A stretch of DNA of 64,000 bases from Octopus bimaculoides (taxonomy: Eukaryota): contig NC_068984.1 in assembly GCF_001194135.2 (NCBI RefSeq), forward strand, positions 92,736,839 through 92,800,838. Reading direction: 5' to 3'. Position 1 is the stretch's first letter; every line of letters begins with the position of its first letter. Below are positions 37,501-51,682 of the stretch, piece by piece. The notes under the pieces are model-generated. The model was not told the DNA's origin and did not search any database. It worked only from the letters and a program-made list of their open reading frames with translations. The position numbers were made by a program, and so were the translations under genes.

Positions 37501-40500
37501 ATTCTATTAATAGTGGGGGTATTGTTGCCTGTTTTAAATTTATTAGATATATATTTATTTTTATTATTAGATGTGATTTCCTTTATTTTCTTAACCTTCA
37601 TATTACAGTCCACCTTAGTATTAGTTTTATTTAAGTTTTTACACTTGCTATTAGTATTGTAATTCATATTATTATTATATTTATTTTTATCAAGTATTGC
37701 ATTTTTATTCTTAGTCTTATTTTTATTACTATTTTTATATAATATTTTCTTATAGTTAGTATTTATTCTTATAAGTATTAGTGTTATTGCCATTATATAC
37801 ATTAGTTTTTGTACTAGGGATATTTCCATTTGCAATTATATTTGTGCCATTATTGTTATTATAATTATTGTTAACACTGTTGTTATTGTTATTATTGTTG
37901 ATGTTAATATTTTTATTATTAATATTATCTTTATGTGGAATATATTTTATTTTATCATTATAACCAACATTAGCTAAAGCTATATTATATTGGTCTTTAT
38001 GTTTATTAAATATTTCTTCATTAGAAGATAGGTAAGATATTCTTCTGCTAATATCCTTAATTAATGCATTTTTTTAAGGTCTAAGAGAATTTGTTGATAT
38101 ATTAATGTGTATCTGTATGTGCGTCATGTATACAGAATAATAGACAGGCTGTCATGAGAAGAAAGTGTGTGTGTGTGTAGACAGTGAAAGAGTCTGATGA
38201 GAAGTTAGATGAATGTTCATAAACACAAGAAATGAGAGTACCAGTTTGTAGTTAATTGTACACGGTAATTGAAATACTGTATCAAGAAGTTGCGGCAATG
38301 ATGCTGAGCTGGTTGTGGTACATGTCGTACAAAGTTGTGGCTGTAATGCTGCTGCCTGGGTCACTTGTACAGGAGTTCTCACAGGTTGTATATTCACTGT
38401 TAATCCATGGTGAAGTAATTCACAAACAGTGCTTTGTTGAAACCAGGATGAGTTTCTGGTTACTGTGTATGTAGAGAGATGATGTTAACGCTGTTAAGTA
38501 GATGATGGTGGAATATTACAATTAATATTCAACTGTAAGGTAACTATATAAACTGTAGCTTATATATTACTAGCAGTATAGCCCGGCGTTGCCCGGGATT
38601 AAGCTAGGATTATTAAGTGATCAAGTGCTTTATTTCAAACCAAAATAAGTAACATCGACATCAGATTTGAGCAAAATCCGTTGAAATTGGTTTGTCTGAA
38701 AATGGTTTGCTGACAATTTGATTGGGAAATCCCATAAGGAATTAGTTTATCGGTTATTTCCACTCATTCACTGTTTTTTTTAGGTTGCATTAGAGATCTG
38801 CATAGGAGAAAGTTGATCTGAAAGTTTGCATTGGGGATCTGGATTGGAGTAACTTAGGAAAACTTACCAACAGCCTTAACCAAAAAATAAGGAGCCTGTC
38901 CCTTCTTGGTTAACTTTATGAGCAACTTAGTGGAAAACATTTTTAAATCTCAAATTTACCATGAAAAACTCCAGTTAAATTTTTAGATAACACTTGCATG
39001 ATTTTCCCTAAGAAAAATATAAATCGGATTTTTTGCGTGGAATCAACTATCCTGGCCTGCTAATATGCTACAAAACCTTTTTTGTGGTCCGAAAAACGGG
39101 TTGGGGTGTAGTGGAAGCCTCGGAAATTTTATCCATTTATATTGTGTAATTCACTGACAAATTGTTACATACCTTGGATCTTTCTGATTTGGCAGACACT
39201 ATTTTTTATTTAGTTTTTATTTAGTGTGTTCTCTACCGAAACACTTTAAAACTTCGTATACTTGTATATTTTGTCTTATAGAACAGAGAAAAATTTTTAT
39301 ATTCGAAGTTATTTCATGTTAAAAGTTGTCATATTTCAGTAATTTCAACCAATCACTGACGTCTATTGAGGTGAAAACAATTACTGCTGTGGTTTGTCAA
39401 CAACACGTTCTGGCGGTGTAATGGGATCTTTTCCTTTGAATAAAATTACTGCAATTGTTTGTCAACAACAACTATCGGCGGTACTGTTATTTATGACATC
39501 GTTTGCGCGTTTGTACTGGTTTTAGCTTTAGGGTTTGGGTTTTAGAGTTAGGGTTAGGGTTATGAGTATTTTTGCCAAATNNNNNNNNNNNNNNNNNNNN
39601 NNNNNNNNNNNNNNNNNNNNNNNNNNNNNNNNNNNNNNNNNNNNNNNNNNNNNNNNNNNNNNNNNNNNNNNNNNNNNNNNNNNNNNNNNNNNNNNNNNNN
39701 NNNNNNNNNNNNNNNNNNNNNNNNNNNNNNNNNNNNNNNNNNNNNNNNNNNNNNNNNNNNNNNNNNNNNNNNNNNNNNNNNNNNNNNNNNNNNNNNNNNN
39801 NNNNNNNNNNNNNNNNNNNNNNNNNNNNNNNNNNNNNNNNNNNNNNNNNNNNNNNNNNNNNNNNNNNNNNNNNNNNNNNNNNNNNNNNNNNNNNNNNTAC
39901 CGAAATACGACAACTTTAACATGAAATAACTTTGAAAATAATGAATTTTCTTAAAATCGCCTAGAGTAAATGATGTTTTAAATGACACATTCTACCAGTA
40001 TCCCAAGTTTGAAAGTGTTTCGTTAGAAAACAAATGGTGTCCACCAAACCAGAAAGATCCCATACCTCTTTGTTTCATTGTTGTTAAATAAATGGATTGC
40101 CAATAAACTTTTTTCTTCAGCGTGAAATATAAACAAAGCTCTTTCACTCCCGAAGTAGTATGTGTGTGTGTGTGTGTGTGTGTGAGAGTGAGAGGGGGGA
40201 GAAAGATGAACGATTTTTAAATAAATAAATGATTTAAACTAAATATATTTTAATTGTTGTGTGAGAATGTATATATAATCTCATTATGAAATATAGTGTC
40301 TTTCACTCAATAAACACTCACAACGCCCAGTCTGGGAATATATTGGTATAAATGTCATATATTGCAATATTATTTCCATCCATATTAAAGCAATAGAAAA
40401 ATTGGTGTGTAAAGTTTTATTCAAACGTGTCTAGTTACTATTATTATTTAATTAAGGTTGAAGTCATTCTAGGCAATCTATTACTTATTGTAAATATCGA

Positions 40501-41646
40501 AAGGGTTATAAGATTTTTAAGATATAATAACTTAATGCTAGTGTACATAAACATTTTAAAATAAAATCAAGAATAAAATAAAATAAAAAATAGAGTAAAT
40601 AAATAAATGAATAAAGGCTACATAATATAACCTTTCACCCCTAAAAAATTTATTTTTGAGCTAAACTTATAAAAACAATAAGGAACTATTGAACAAAAAT
40701 TTTTTTAAATTTCAGATATACAGCGTTCCCTTTGGGAGATATGGGAAGTAAATATGTTATGAGGCTCATGTAAGGAGATATAGTATTTCACATAAATAAA
40801 TAAGAATTAAAAGGAAGTAAATCTATGCTTATAAAAGTAATAATAAGGGCTTAAAGAAGGGTCAGTTCAACAAGATTAATTAAAACATAATAAAATTATT
40901 AGAATATGTTGTCCTCAAAACTAGAAGTAGGTATTTAATATATATATATATATATATATATAGGTGCAGGCGTAGTAAGAAGCTTGCTTTCCAACCACAT
41001 GGTTCTGGGTTCTGTCCTATTTTGTGGTGACTTGAGCAAGTGTCTTCTACATAGCTTTGGGCCAACCAGAGCCTTGTGAGTGGATTTGGTAGATGGAAAC
41101 TGAAAGAAGCTGTCATATCATCATCATCATCATCGTTGTCGTTTAATGTCTGCTTTCCATGCTGGCATGGGTTGGACGGTTTGACTGAGAGCAGGCAAGC
41201 CAGAAGGCTGCACTAGGCTCCAATCTGATCTGGCAAAGTTTCTTCAGCTGGATGCCCTGCCTAACACCAACCACTCTGAGAGTGTAGTGCGTGCTTTTAC
41301 GTGCCACCAGCATGAGGGTCAGCCAGGTGGTACTGGCATCGGCCACGCTCAAAAGGTGCTTTTTACATGCCACCTGCACAGGAGCCAGTCCGGCGGCAAC
41401 ATATATATATATTTATAATGTATGTGTGTGTGTGTGTGTCTTTGTTTCTGTGTTTGTCTCCCAACACCACCTCCGCTTAACAACTGGTATTGGTGTGTTT
41501 ACGTTACTTGTAACTTAGCGGTTCAGCAAAAGAGATTTATGAAAAAAGTACCAGGCTTAAAAAACGAAGTACTTGGGTTGATTCACTTGACTAAATTCAA
41601 GGCAGTGCCCCAGCATGGCTGAAGTCTAATGATTGAACCAAGTAAA

Positions 41647-41686
<40 letters not shown>

Positions 41687-42387
41687 ATATGTATTTATTT
41701 TCTCCTAATTAATAAATAACTCGGACAAAATAAATTGGTTNNNNNNNNNNNNNNNNNNNNNNNNNNNNNNNNNNNNNNNNNNNNNNNNNNNNNNNNNNNN
41801 NNNNNNNNNNNNNNNNNNNNNNNNNNNNNNNNNNNNNNNNNNNNNNNNNNNNNNNNNNNNNNNNNNNNNNNNNNNNNNNNGGTTAATAGATACCAGGGTA
41901 GCAAAGATCACAAAATAACTGTGGTGTAACTCCTGTTTATGAGGTAGAAACTCCTTGATATTTTGGGTACTTGAGTATATATAAAATTAATGAATGGAGT
42001 AAAACGCATATTTTAACTGCATACTTTAATTTCCAACATATGTTTCGAAGAATTACAATTTATACGATCCATAGGAATCGGCAATGTTAAAAATGTAAAC
42101 TTCTCTTCAGGGAAATGTATGGGAACCAGCTTAAACATAAGACATTATAACCGAATATGAGAACTATAGTTGGAGAAGGTTATAACGCAATTTATTTGAA
42201 AAGACCGTTGGAGATTAGGACGCTACCAGATAGTACGTTGGACAAGAAGGGAAGAAAAGAAAAAACGAAAAAAGAAAGAAAATTCAGAGTGTAAAGTTGG
42301 GAGAAAATGGGATGATATAAATCCTATAAAAATTGGAGAGGAATGTTATGTAATAATATAATATATATATATGCACATATGTATTTA

Positions 42388-42454
<67 letters not shown>

Positions 42455-42663
42455 ATGTAAAAACTTCCACTGATGGTTAGGTATCTTCTGTTGTCATCAA
42501 GTCCTCATGGTCAAGGTTATATTCATTAAAGGTGAATGGAGAAGTATCTTCTTTTAAATGTAATCATTTTCGTGTGTGTTTGTGTGTGCGTATGTAAACA
42601 CATATTTTGCATATTCCTTCTACTATAACTTACATGGAATACTACCACTGTTGCTGCTGCTGT

Positions 42664-42708
<45 letters not shown>

Positions 42709-45700
42709 ATAGCACCTTAGATATTTTTGTTGTGTTATTTCAGGATGATGAATTAACTTTTGAAGAAGGAGACATAATTTATATTACTGATCAAAAAGAT
42801 TCCAATTGGTGGAAAGGAAAGTGTGGGTCAAAAGTTGGCTTAATACCAAGCAATTATGGTAAGATAAAATTTTATCTTATAATATTAAGTAATTGATAAA
42901 ATTCTTAAACATGATGCCCATTATAAGTGGATGATGATATGTAAAAGTAAATTTTGGGATTCCATAATCAAGATTCAAATATTTTCTGTTGAGCACAAAC
43001 TGGTAAAGTGATGATTATTAGTATTCTTGAGTTTGTTAGAGAGGAGATGGTGAAATGAGAGAGGAGATGGTGAAGTGAGAGAGGAGGAGGGAATGTGAGA
43101 ATGTGTGAGGGAGCAGATAACTAGCCAATGCATTATGCTGTCACTCATGTGGTTAGTGGAAGTGGGAGGTGAAGAGAAATTGAGAAATATTAAAGACATG
43201 AAAAAGGGAATTATGTGGTTAAAAAGTTTGTTGAAGTGGTAGAGAGAAAGAGAGAGAAATAAAGTGCTTAGCATAAGGAAATTTTAAAATCATATACCAT
43301 ATTTGCTGGCAGATTGAATGCACTTCTTTATTTCTAAATGTATCAAAAAATTGTCCTGCATCTAATGTGGCCATATTATAGATGGGAGACCAAGCACCAT
43401 AGGCTAGGGAGCCGGACAAGCATACCGGGTAAGTTCTTTAGGCGTAAAAATTGTTACTAATAATAAAATAATGAAAACAAGCCAAATTATTACAGTAAAT
43501 TGTGTTACTAATAATAAAATATTGAAAACAAGCCAAATTATCAGTCTGTTATCACAAACTTAGGAAAAATTGCTTACAGTACATCAGTAGTTATGGGGAA
43601 AGCTCACATCATCTCACTTACCTTCTTCCCCAGCATACATAACTCACATCTGATATATGTAATACATTATTTAATGACTGGTTTACCTTTAAGAAACATT
43701 TGTTCATTATCGAAATGAAAAATGCTCCAAGAAATTTGAAAAGAATGTTAATAAACTTTCATCCTCCTGGCAGCCTTTGCAATAATCAGAGTGGATAATG
43801 TGTTGGAGGTTTTGAATTTTACAACAGTGCCTTCTTCCTGTTGTGTTCCTTTTTTGGTCATAAGTTTATATTTGACTCGTTTGACTCTTTTCGTCTTTTT
43901 TTTCCTTAATTTCCACATTGTAACCTGTCATATTAACACAAAGCATCACATCCAGAGTTTCAAATCCTGCATAGCAATTTTTTTGCCCAAAATTTAAACA
44001 GCTATATGGCTGATATGAGAGGAGGCAAGAGTTGAGGTATGGCTTCCCATAACGTACCAGTAAGTTTATTTACAGTAAATTTCATACAGAGTCAAAACCC
44101 CCCATGACTGAAAAACAAAAAGGCACTGTTATAACATCAAATTCAAACTAGATGTCCCAGCATACACAAAAGACCATGGTAATAGGGCAGCTGTTTGATA
44201 TTTTGGTCACCACCAACCAAGAAAATGGTAAGGACTTAGAGGAAACAAGAAGAGCAACTGAAAGCTACTAAACATAGCAAACACTACCTCTGTAGGGGAG
44301 TTGTAAAGTAGCCTGAACTAGAAGAATTAAAAACATTGGTTGTACCAAAGAAGATTGGACTTTTCAGTATCCACTAAAATGATTAAGTACCATTCAAGAC
44401 TTATAGCAATGGACAGAGATATCAATGATTTTAAAGGGTCAACATCATGGCGTTCCAGATTTATGAAGAGAAATAACCTCTGTATGAGGGCTTGGACAAG
44501 AATAGCACAAAAAATACCCCCTTAATATGAAGATCAAATACTTAAGTTTCACAGGTATATCATTAATGTGAGAAAAGCTAACATGGACAAAGTCACTTTG
44601 ACATTTGATGTGCCATCAAACAAGGGTGCTAAAACTGACTGTTAAAACATGTTGCCATGAAAAGATACTACACAGTTGTATTAGCATGCTGTGTTGATGA
44701 CACAAAATTGCTACCTTTTTTAATTTTTAAAAGAAAGACATCGTCTAAAGAAAGTATACCCAATGGTATTTATGTTCATGTCCACCCAAAAGGCTGGATG
44801 GATGAGAGAGGAATGAAATTGTGGCTTGATAAAGTGTGGTTCAGGCACCCTGGTGGGCTATTAAAGAAACCTGCCTTATTACTGTGGGCCCAGTTCAGGC
44901 TCATAGAAATGAGCTTTTTAAGAGGAAACTTGGAGAACTGAAGACCTGGTTAGCTGTAATTCCAGGAGGCCTAACCAACCAGTTACAGCCTTTGGATGTT
45001 TCAATCAATAAACCATTTAAAAGATTCATGCAGGAGGTGTGGAGTAAGTGGATGCAGTTTTCAGATTTTGAAGTGACACCAATAGGAAGAAGGTGTGTGA
45101 GTGGGTAAAAAGTTGCTGGAATGCTGTAAAAAAAGAGATGGTTGTAGAATCATTTAAAAAATGTGGCATTAGTAATCTCCTCGATGGTACTGAGGATGAT
45201 TTATTGTTCGAAGAAGATATTGATGACCCAGATCTTATTGCAGAGAATTCCAGTGATGAAGACAATACTGGTAATATGGATGGCAACAGTGAAAATGAGT
45301 AACTGTAATTATTTATAGGAATTCATCACATTTATTGTACTTTGCTGATTGGTTTGTAGCAGATTTTATTTGCTTTTTGTTTGCATGTACCAGGATTCAT
45401 TGATATCAATGTATATTTCTTCTTTGCTATCATCATCATCATCGTTTAATGTCCGCTTTCTATGCTGGCATGGGTTGGATGGTTTAACTGGGGACTGGTG
45501 AGTCAGATGGCTGCACAAGGCATCTGATGGCTGCACAAGGCATCTGATGGCTGCACAAGGCATCTGATGGCTGCACAAGGCATCTGATGGCTGCACAAGG
45601 CATCTGATATAACAGAGTTTCTACAGCTGGATGTCCTTCCTAATGTCAACCACTCTGAGAGTCATCGAATTTGATTTCGATTTCACTTGCCTCAACAGGT

Positions 45701-48700
45701 CTTCACAAGCAGAGTTTAGTGTCCAATGAAAGAAAAGTATGCCTAAGTGGGCTGGTTACACCACTGGCATAGGCCACAGGTTATGGTCTCACTTGGTTTG
45801 CCGGGTCTTCTCAAGCACAGTATATTTCCAAAGGTCTTGGTCACTAGTCATTGCCTCGGTGAGGCCTAATGTTCAAAGGTCGTGCTGCACCACCTCATCC
45901 CAGGTCTTCCTGGGTCTACCTCTTCCACAAGTTCCCTCAACTGCTCGGGTGTGACACTTTTTCACACAGCTATCCTCATCCATTCGTACCACATGATCAT
46001 ACCAGCGCAGTTATCTCTCTTGCACATCACATCTGATGCTTCTTAGGGCCAACTTTTCTCTCAAGGCACTTACACTCTGTCAAGTATGCACACTGACATT
46101 ACACATCCAGCAGAGCATACTGGCTTCATTTCTTGCAAGCTTACGCATGTTCTCAGCAGTCATGGCCCATGTTTCACTGCCATATAGCATGGCTGTTTGT
46201 ACACATGCGTCATACAGTCTACCTTTTACTCTGAGCGAAAGGCCCTTTGTCACCAGCAGAGGTAGGAGCTCTCTGAACTTTGCCCGGGCTATTCTTATTC
46301 TAGCAGCTACATTTTCAGAGCATCTACCCCGACTATTGACTTGGTCACCTAGGTAATGGAAGCTATCAACTACTTCTAGTTTTTCTCCTTGGAATGTGGC
46401 AGAAGTCATTCTCTGCACATTTTCAGTGTTTATTGCTCCTAAGCATCTGGCACATACAAAAACTATCTTCCTAGTTAGCCTTCCTTTGATATTGCTGCAC
46501 CTCTTAGGTGTCCATAGCTTACACTGGGTACATCTTATAGAGTTTCTATCTACACCTTTTCTACAGATCGAGCAGGGCCATCTACCTGAAGGGATTTGTG
46601 GTTTGTGCCTTTCTACTTATTAGGACTTTGGTTTAAGCTAGGTTGACCTCAAGGCCCTTCGATTCTAATCCTTGCTTCCACACCTGAAACTTCTCCTCTA
46701 GTTCTGATAGTGACTCAGCAATTAGTGCAAGGTCATCAGCATAGAGGAGCTCCCAGGGGCATCCTGTCTTGAATTCCTGTGTTATTACCTAGAGGACTAT
46801 GATAAATAGGAGGGGGCTGAGGACTGAACCTTGGTGGACCCTTACCTCTACCCGGAATTCTTCACTGTACTCATTGCCAACCCTCACCTAACTGACAGCA
46901 TCTCTGTACATGACTCGCACAGCTCTCACTAACCATTCTTCTATCCCTAGTTTCCTCATTGACCACCAGATAAGGGATCGGGGGACCCTGTCAAAGGCTT
47001 TCTCCATGTCAACAAAAGCCAGGTACAGAGGTTTATCTTTGGCTAGGTATTTCTCCTGCAGCTGTCTTACCAGAAATATAGCATCAGTGGTGCTTTTCCC
47101 TGGCATGAACCAAACTGCATCTCATCTAAGCTGACTCTCTCCCTAATTCCCTCTGTTATTATTTGTATCTAAAGCATCACCTTTACCTTTGTAGCAGTTG
47201 ACTATGGTGCTGCTACATCAGTCATTGGGTATGACTCCTTCATATATCACCTGGTTAACTATACAGGTGACTAGGCTATTGCCAACACTGCCAGATATTT
47301 TGAGCATCTCTGCGGTGATTTCTGATGGGCCTGGGGCTGTCTCTGTCTTCATACTCTTAATTACTTTACCTACCAAGGTACTGTCAATTAGGATAGCTGG
47401 TCCCTCTGTTGGGTCAGCAGTCGGTAGACTCTCTTTCTCCCATTCATTCTCTTTATTTAGCAACCTTTCATAGTGTCGTCTCCAAACCTCTCTCTTTGCA
47501 GCCTCGTTTAATGCAAGTGAACCATCATTCATGCGGATACATTTCTCTTCTATGACATCACAATTCTCTCTCACACACTGTCTCGCCACACGAAATACCT
47601 CAAGTCTTTGGTCCTCACGATGCAGAACACTGGCAAATTTTTTCTTATCTGCTTCCCCTCTGGCTAAATAAACCTGTCGTCTAGCTTCCCTTCTGGCAGT
47701 CTGATACAATTCCCTGATACCACCATTCTTCCAGTTCTTCCAAGCTTGTTTCTTTCGTCTAATAGCCCTGTCAACAACATTGTTCCACCACCATGTTATT
47801 TTGGGTCAAGAGGGGACTTTGCACCATCCACAGATCTTGTCAGTGGCCCTCAGCAGGTTGTCCTGGAGAAACCTCCAGTTGTTTTCCACATCATGTGATG
47901 CTATATCCCCCTCTATTTCATCAAAAGCTTCAAGTAATACGTCTCTAAATCTCTGTCCATTCACAGGATCTTTTAGCTTCCAGACCCTTCTCCTCCATGC
48001 TGGTCATGTTCTGGGCATCCATTTAGCCCTGATCCTGAAGTTGCTAACTACTAGTCTATGTTGTGGGGTACATTCTTCGCCTGGGAAGGTTTTGGCATAT
48101 ATAAACAGCCATCTTTTCCTTTTTCTAGCAAGGATGTAGTCAATTTGGCTAATGTGTCTGCCAGAACGGTAGGTGACTAGGTGACTAGCAGGTTTCCTGA
48201 AGTTAGTATTACAGACTATAAGATCATTTGCATCACAGAACTCCAGCAGTCTGGTTCCCTCCTCATTGCGGGAACCAAAACCATAGCCTCCATGTATGCC
48301 ATGGAAACCCCCTGCATATTGTTGAACCTGTCCATTGAAGTCACCAGCCACAAAGAGAAGGTCCCTGTCATTCGTCAATGAGGTAGTCTGCAAGAGGGTG
48401 TCATAAAATCGGTCTTTCTGTTCATCAAGTAGCTCCGGCTGAGGGGCATAGGCAAAGATAATAGTTGCTAACTCATAATGTAGCACTAATCTAATCTTAA
48501 GTATTCTATCACATACTCTGACTACCTCAATTACCTTATCAACCCATTTCTCTGCAAGAAGTATACCCACGCCCCCCAAGCCCATCAGTGTTCCCTGCCC
48601 AGAAAATCTTGTACCTATGTTCTTTGCCTGTGAGGAACCTAGCAGAGCCTCCTCTCCACCTTACTTCTTGGAGATAGCACAAATCTACACGTTTCCGTTC

Positions 48701-51558
48701 AAGCATCTCAACAATCTCACCTACCTTTCAGTGTGCCCATGTTGAGTGTGCCAACCCTGAGGGTGTGGGCAGTATCGGCTCATGAGACCCTGGGACGGGG
48801 GACAGCAGCATGATGTACCTGAAAAGAAAGCTCACATTTGACAGAATTCATAAACAAACAACCTGCATACACTAAACCATCATTTTTATGTGCTATATGA
48901 TCACTACCTTACATAGGAGATAAACCCTAAGTAGGGGTGGGGGTGATGTTAAGCCTTTAGAAGTGTTTCATGGGAGACAACCAAAGGATGATAGAAGATA
49001 GCAACTTCCGGTACAGGTAGTGGGGGTGAGAGTATGGTGAATAAACTGTCATCTAAATTACGCAAAAATGAAAATAACACTGACATTACATAAAGATATC
49101 TTGAAATACTAAAGAGTAAATTTATTCAATAAAATCACCATTGGCTTCAACCTTGGTCTCTCGACGACTTCGGAATTTTGACCTAGGACAGCACTACCTC
49201 CTCCAGGCACTTGATGCAGGCCTCTGTGTTGAGTCTGAGGCTGTGTGGGAGATGAATGGAGGCATAACGTCGCCATCACTAGTGCTCACTCCAAACGCCT
49301 TGATGTTGAACTGGATGTTTGATTTTTATCACTCTCGGTACATGTCTTCAGATTGACACCCAAACACTCTGAAATGTTTGTATTGGAGCTTCCGGTGTGA
49401 ATGCCAAGTAGTACAGCATGTCATTTCCAAATTTCTGTCAGAGTGAATTGCTTCATGGTGCTGTTTTTCTCACAGACAGTGCCCAACTGACCCTACTATA
49501 CTGTGTAGTCAACAAAATCAAAACAAACAATGCGCACACCTAAAATTAAAAATATAAAATGGCGACAATTTACTCATCGCACCCTGTATATAAATCTGTT
49601 GGGTCATCCCATAAATAATGCGTTTTTTTTCAATTGCATGAACTAAAAGTCAGAGGGGGATGGGATAAACTACCAGCATCAACTTGCTATAAAAGCAGGT
49701 AGTAATTTTACTTAATCCTTATTCTTAGTGCAACTTTTGAAGAGTGGGGTTCGATTTTAAAAGTTATTTTTTTAAAGGCTATAACAGAAGTGACATTGGA
49801 GTATGTTTGGCGAATTTTGCTTCATGAGTTCAATAAAGGCAATAACGCAATGGAAAGAGCAAGGAAAATTAATGCAGTAAATGGGGATTGGACAATAAGC
49901 GTAAGCCAGTGTCAACAGTGGTTCCAGAAATTCCGTGCCTGAAACTACAGCCTAGAAGATGAGCCTCATCCCAGGAGATCTGTAGAGCTCGATGAGGATG
50001 TCCTGCAAACTCTGGTGGAATGAAATCCCATTGTAATTGTTGAGCAACTAGCAGAGAAGCTTGGATTTGGTCATTCAACTATTGATCGACACCTGCGTAC
50101 CATCGCAAAAGTCAGCAAATAGGTTCCTCACAGACTTTCTGAGTCTAATTACATGCAAAGAGTGAATTTGTCTTCTCTACTGTCATGTCTCACGAATAAA
50201 CCTTTTTTGGACCAAATAGTGACTGGTGATGAGAAATGGGTTCTCTATAAAAATGTCAAGTGCTAAAGACAGCAGGTAGGGAAAGGAGAAACACCGGCAC
50301 CCCAGGCTAAAGAAGGTCTTTATCCATGTAAGGTGTTGTTATCTGTTTGGTGGGATATGAAAGGTTTTAGTCCACTGAACTTTTACACCCAAACCAAATG
50401 ATAACAAAGGAGATCTACTGTGAGCAGTTTGAGCAACTTAAGTTAGTGCTAGAAGAAAAACGACCATCTTTGGTTTCAAGACAAAAAGTATTCTTCCATC
50501 AAGATAATGCTTGGCCATATACAATGAGAATGACATTCCAAAGGCTGGAGCAGTTCAAATAGGAAACAATGCCCCACCCACCATATTCACCAGACATTGC
50601 CCCATCTAATTATCATTTATCCCACAGTCTTCAAAATCATGTATGAATCTTGTAGATGAGGTCATAACAGTACTGGAGGAGTATTTTTCATGATGGACAA
50701 GTGAATTTTGGAAGGTGGTGCCTTGCAAGTCTACCTGATAGATGGGAGCACTGTAGAAAATGAAGAAGAGTATATTTTGGATTAAAAAAGAACTTTGTTT
50801 ATCTTAATTTTGAAAAATAAAAGAAGTATAAAACAACTGCATTATCTATGGGATGACCCAATATATATATATTGTATTNNNNNNNNNNGGGGGGGGGGGG
50901 AATAAACACACGCACTATATACTCATTCTTCACTCATCAATTACTGTTTTTATTCTAACTCATGTCCATTGTCTGGAAATCTTTCATCATGACATTTTCT
51001 GTCATGTGTGTTCCTGCTCTGCTTAGTCAGTTCTGTTCTATAGTGTATATTCTTATATGCGCATGTGTTTGTGTCTGTACGTGTGTGTCTGTACATGTGT
51101 GTGTATGTGTACATGTGTGCATGTATGTGTGTGTGTGTGTCATTCTTTGTAGCACTATGACCCTCCCCTCACCGCTGTTACCTCCCCTGTTGCTGTTGCC
51201 CTTAAACCTGACTTTTGGTACTGTTGCAGTATCTCCCTGTGTTTGTGCATTCGCCCTTGCTGCTACCATCATAGTAGTAGTTGTTGTTGTTGCCACTGTT
51301 GCTGTTGTTGGTCATGTTGATGTTATTGTGGCTGTTTGTGAAGTTACTGTGTGTGTTTGTGTGTGTATATGGGTTTGCTTACTATGTTATTTGTATCCTT
51401 TGCCCTTTATATAGTCTTTGTTTTCTTTTTTATTTACTTGTCTCATACATAGTGCATGTGTTTATTTGGAGAAAAAAAGCAAAACAACCATCCTGAAATA
51501 CAACAATATATGTTTCAACACAGTTTCACACCAGGAATCTTGCAACACAAATTCATAA

Positions 51559-51623
<65 letters not shown>

Positions 51624-51633
51624 NNNNNNNNNN

Positions 51634-51682
<49 letters not shown>

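Noticed and set aside
42576-42896. 106-aa ORF with poly-Leu followed by SH3 sequence
   Set aside because: Poly-Leu is a (CTA)n intronic microsatellite; only 42744-42858 is exon.
45506-45608. CRISPR-like array
   Set aside because: Contiguous identical units with no spacers, inside a eukaryotic LINE.
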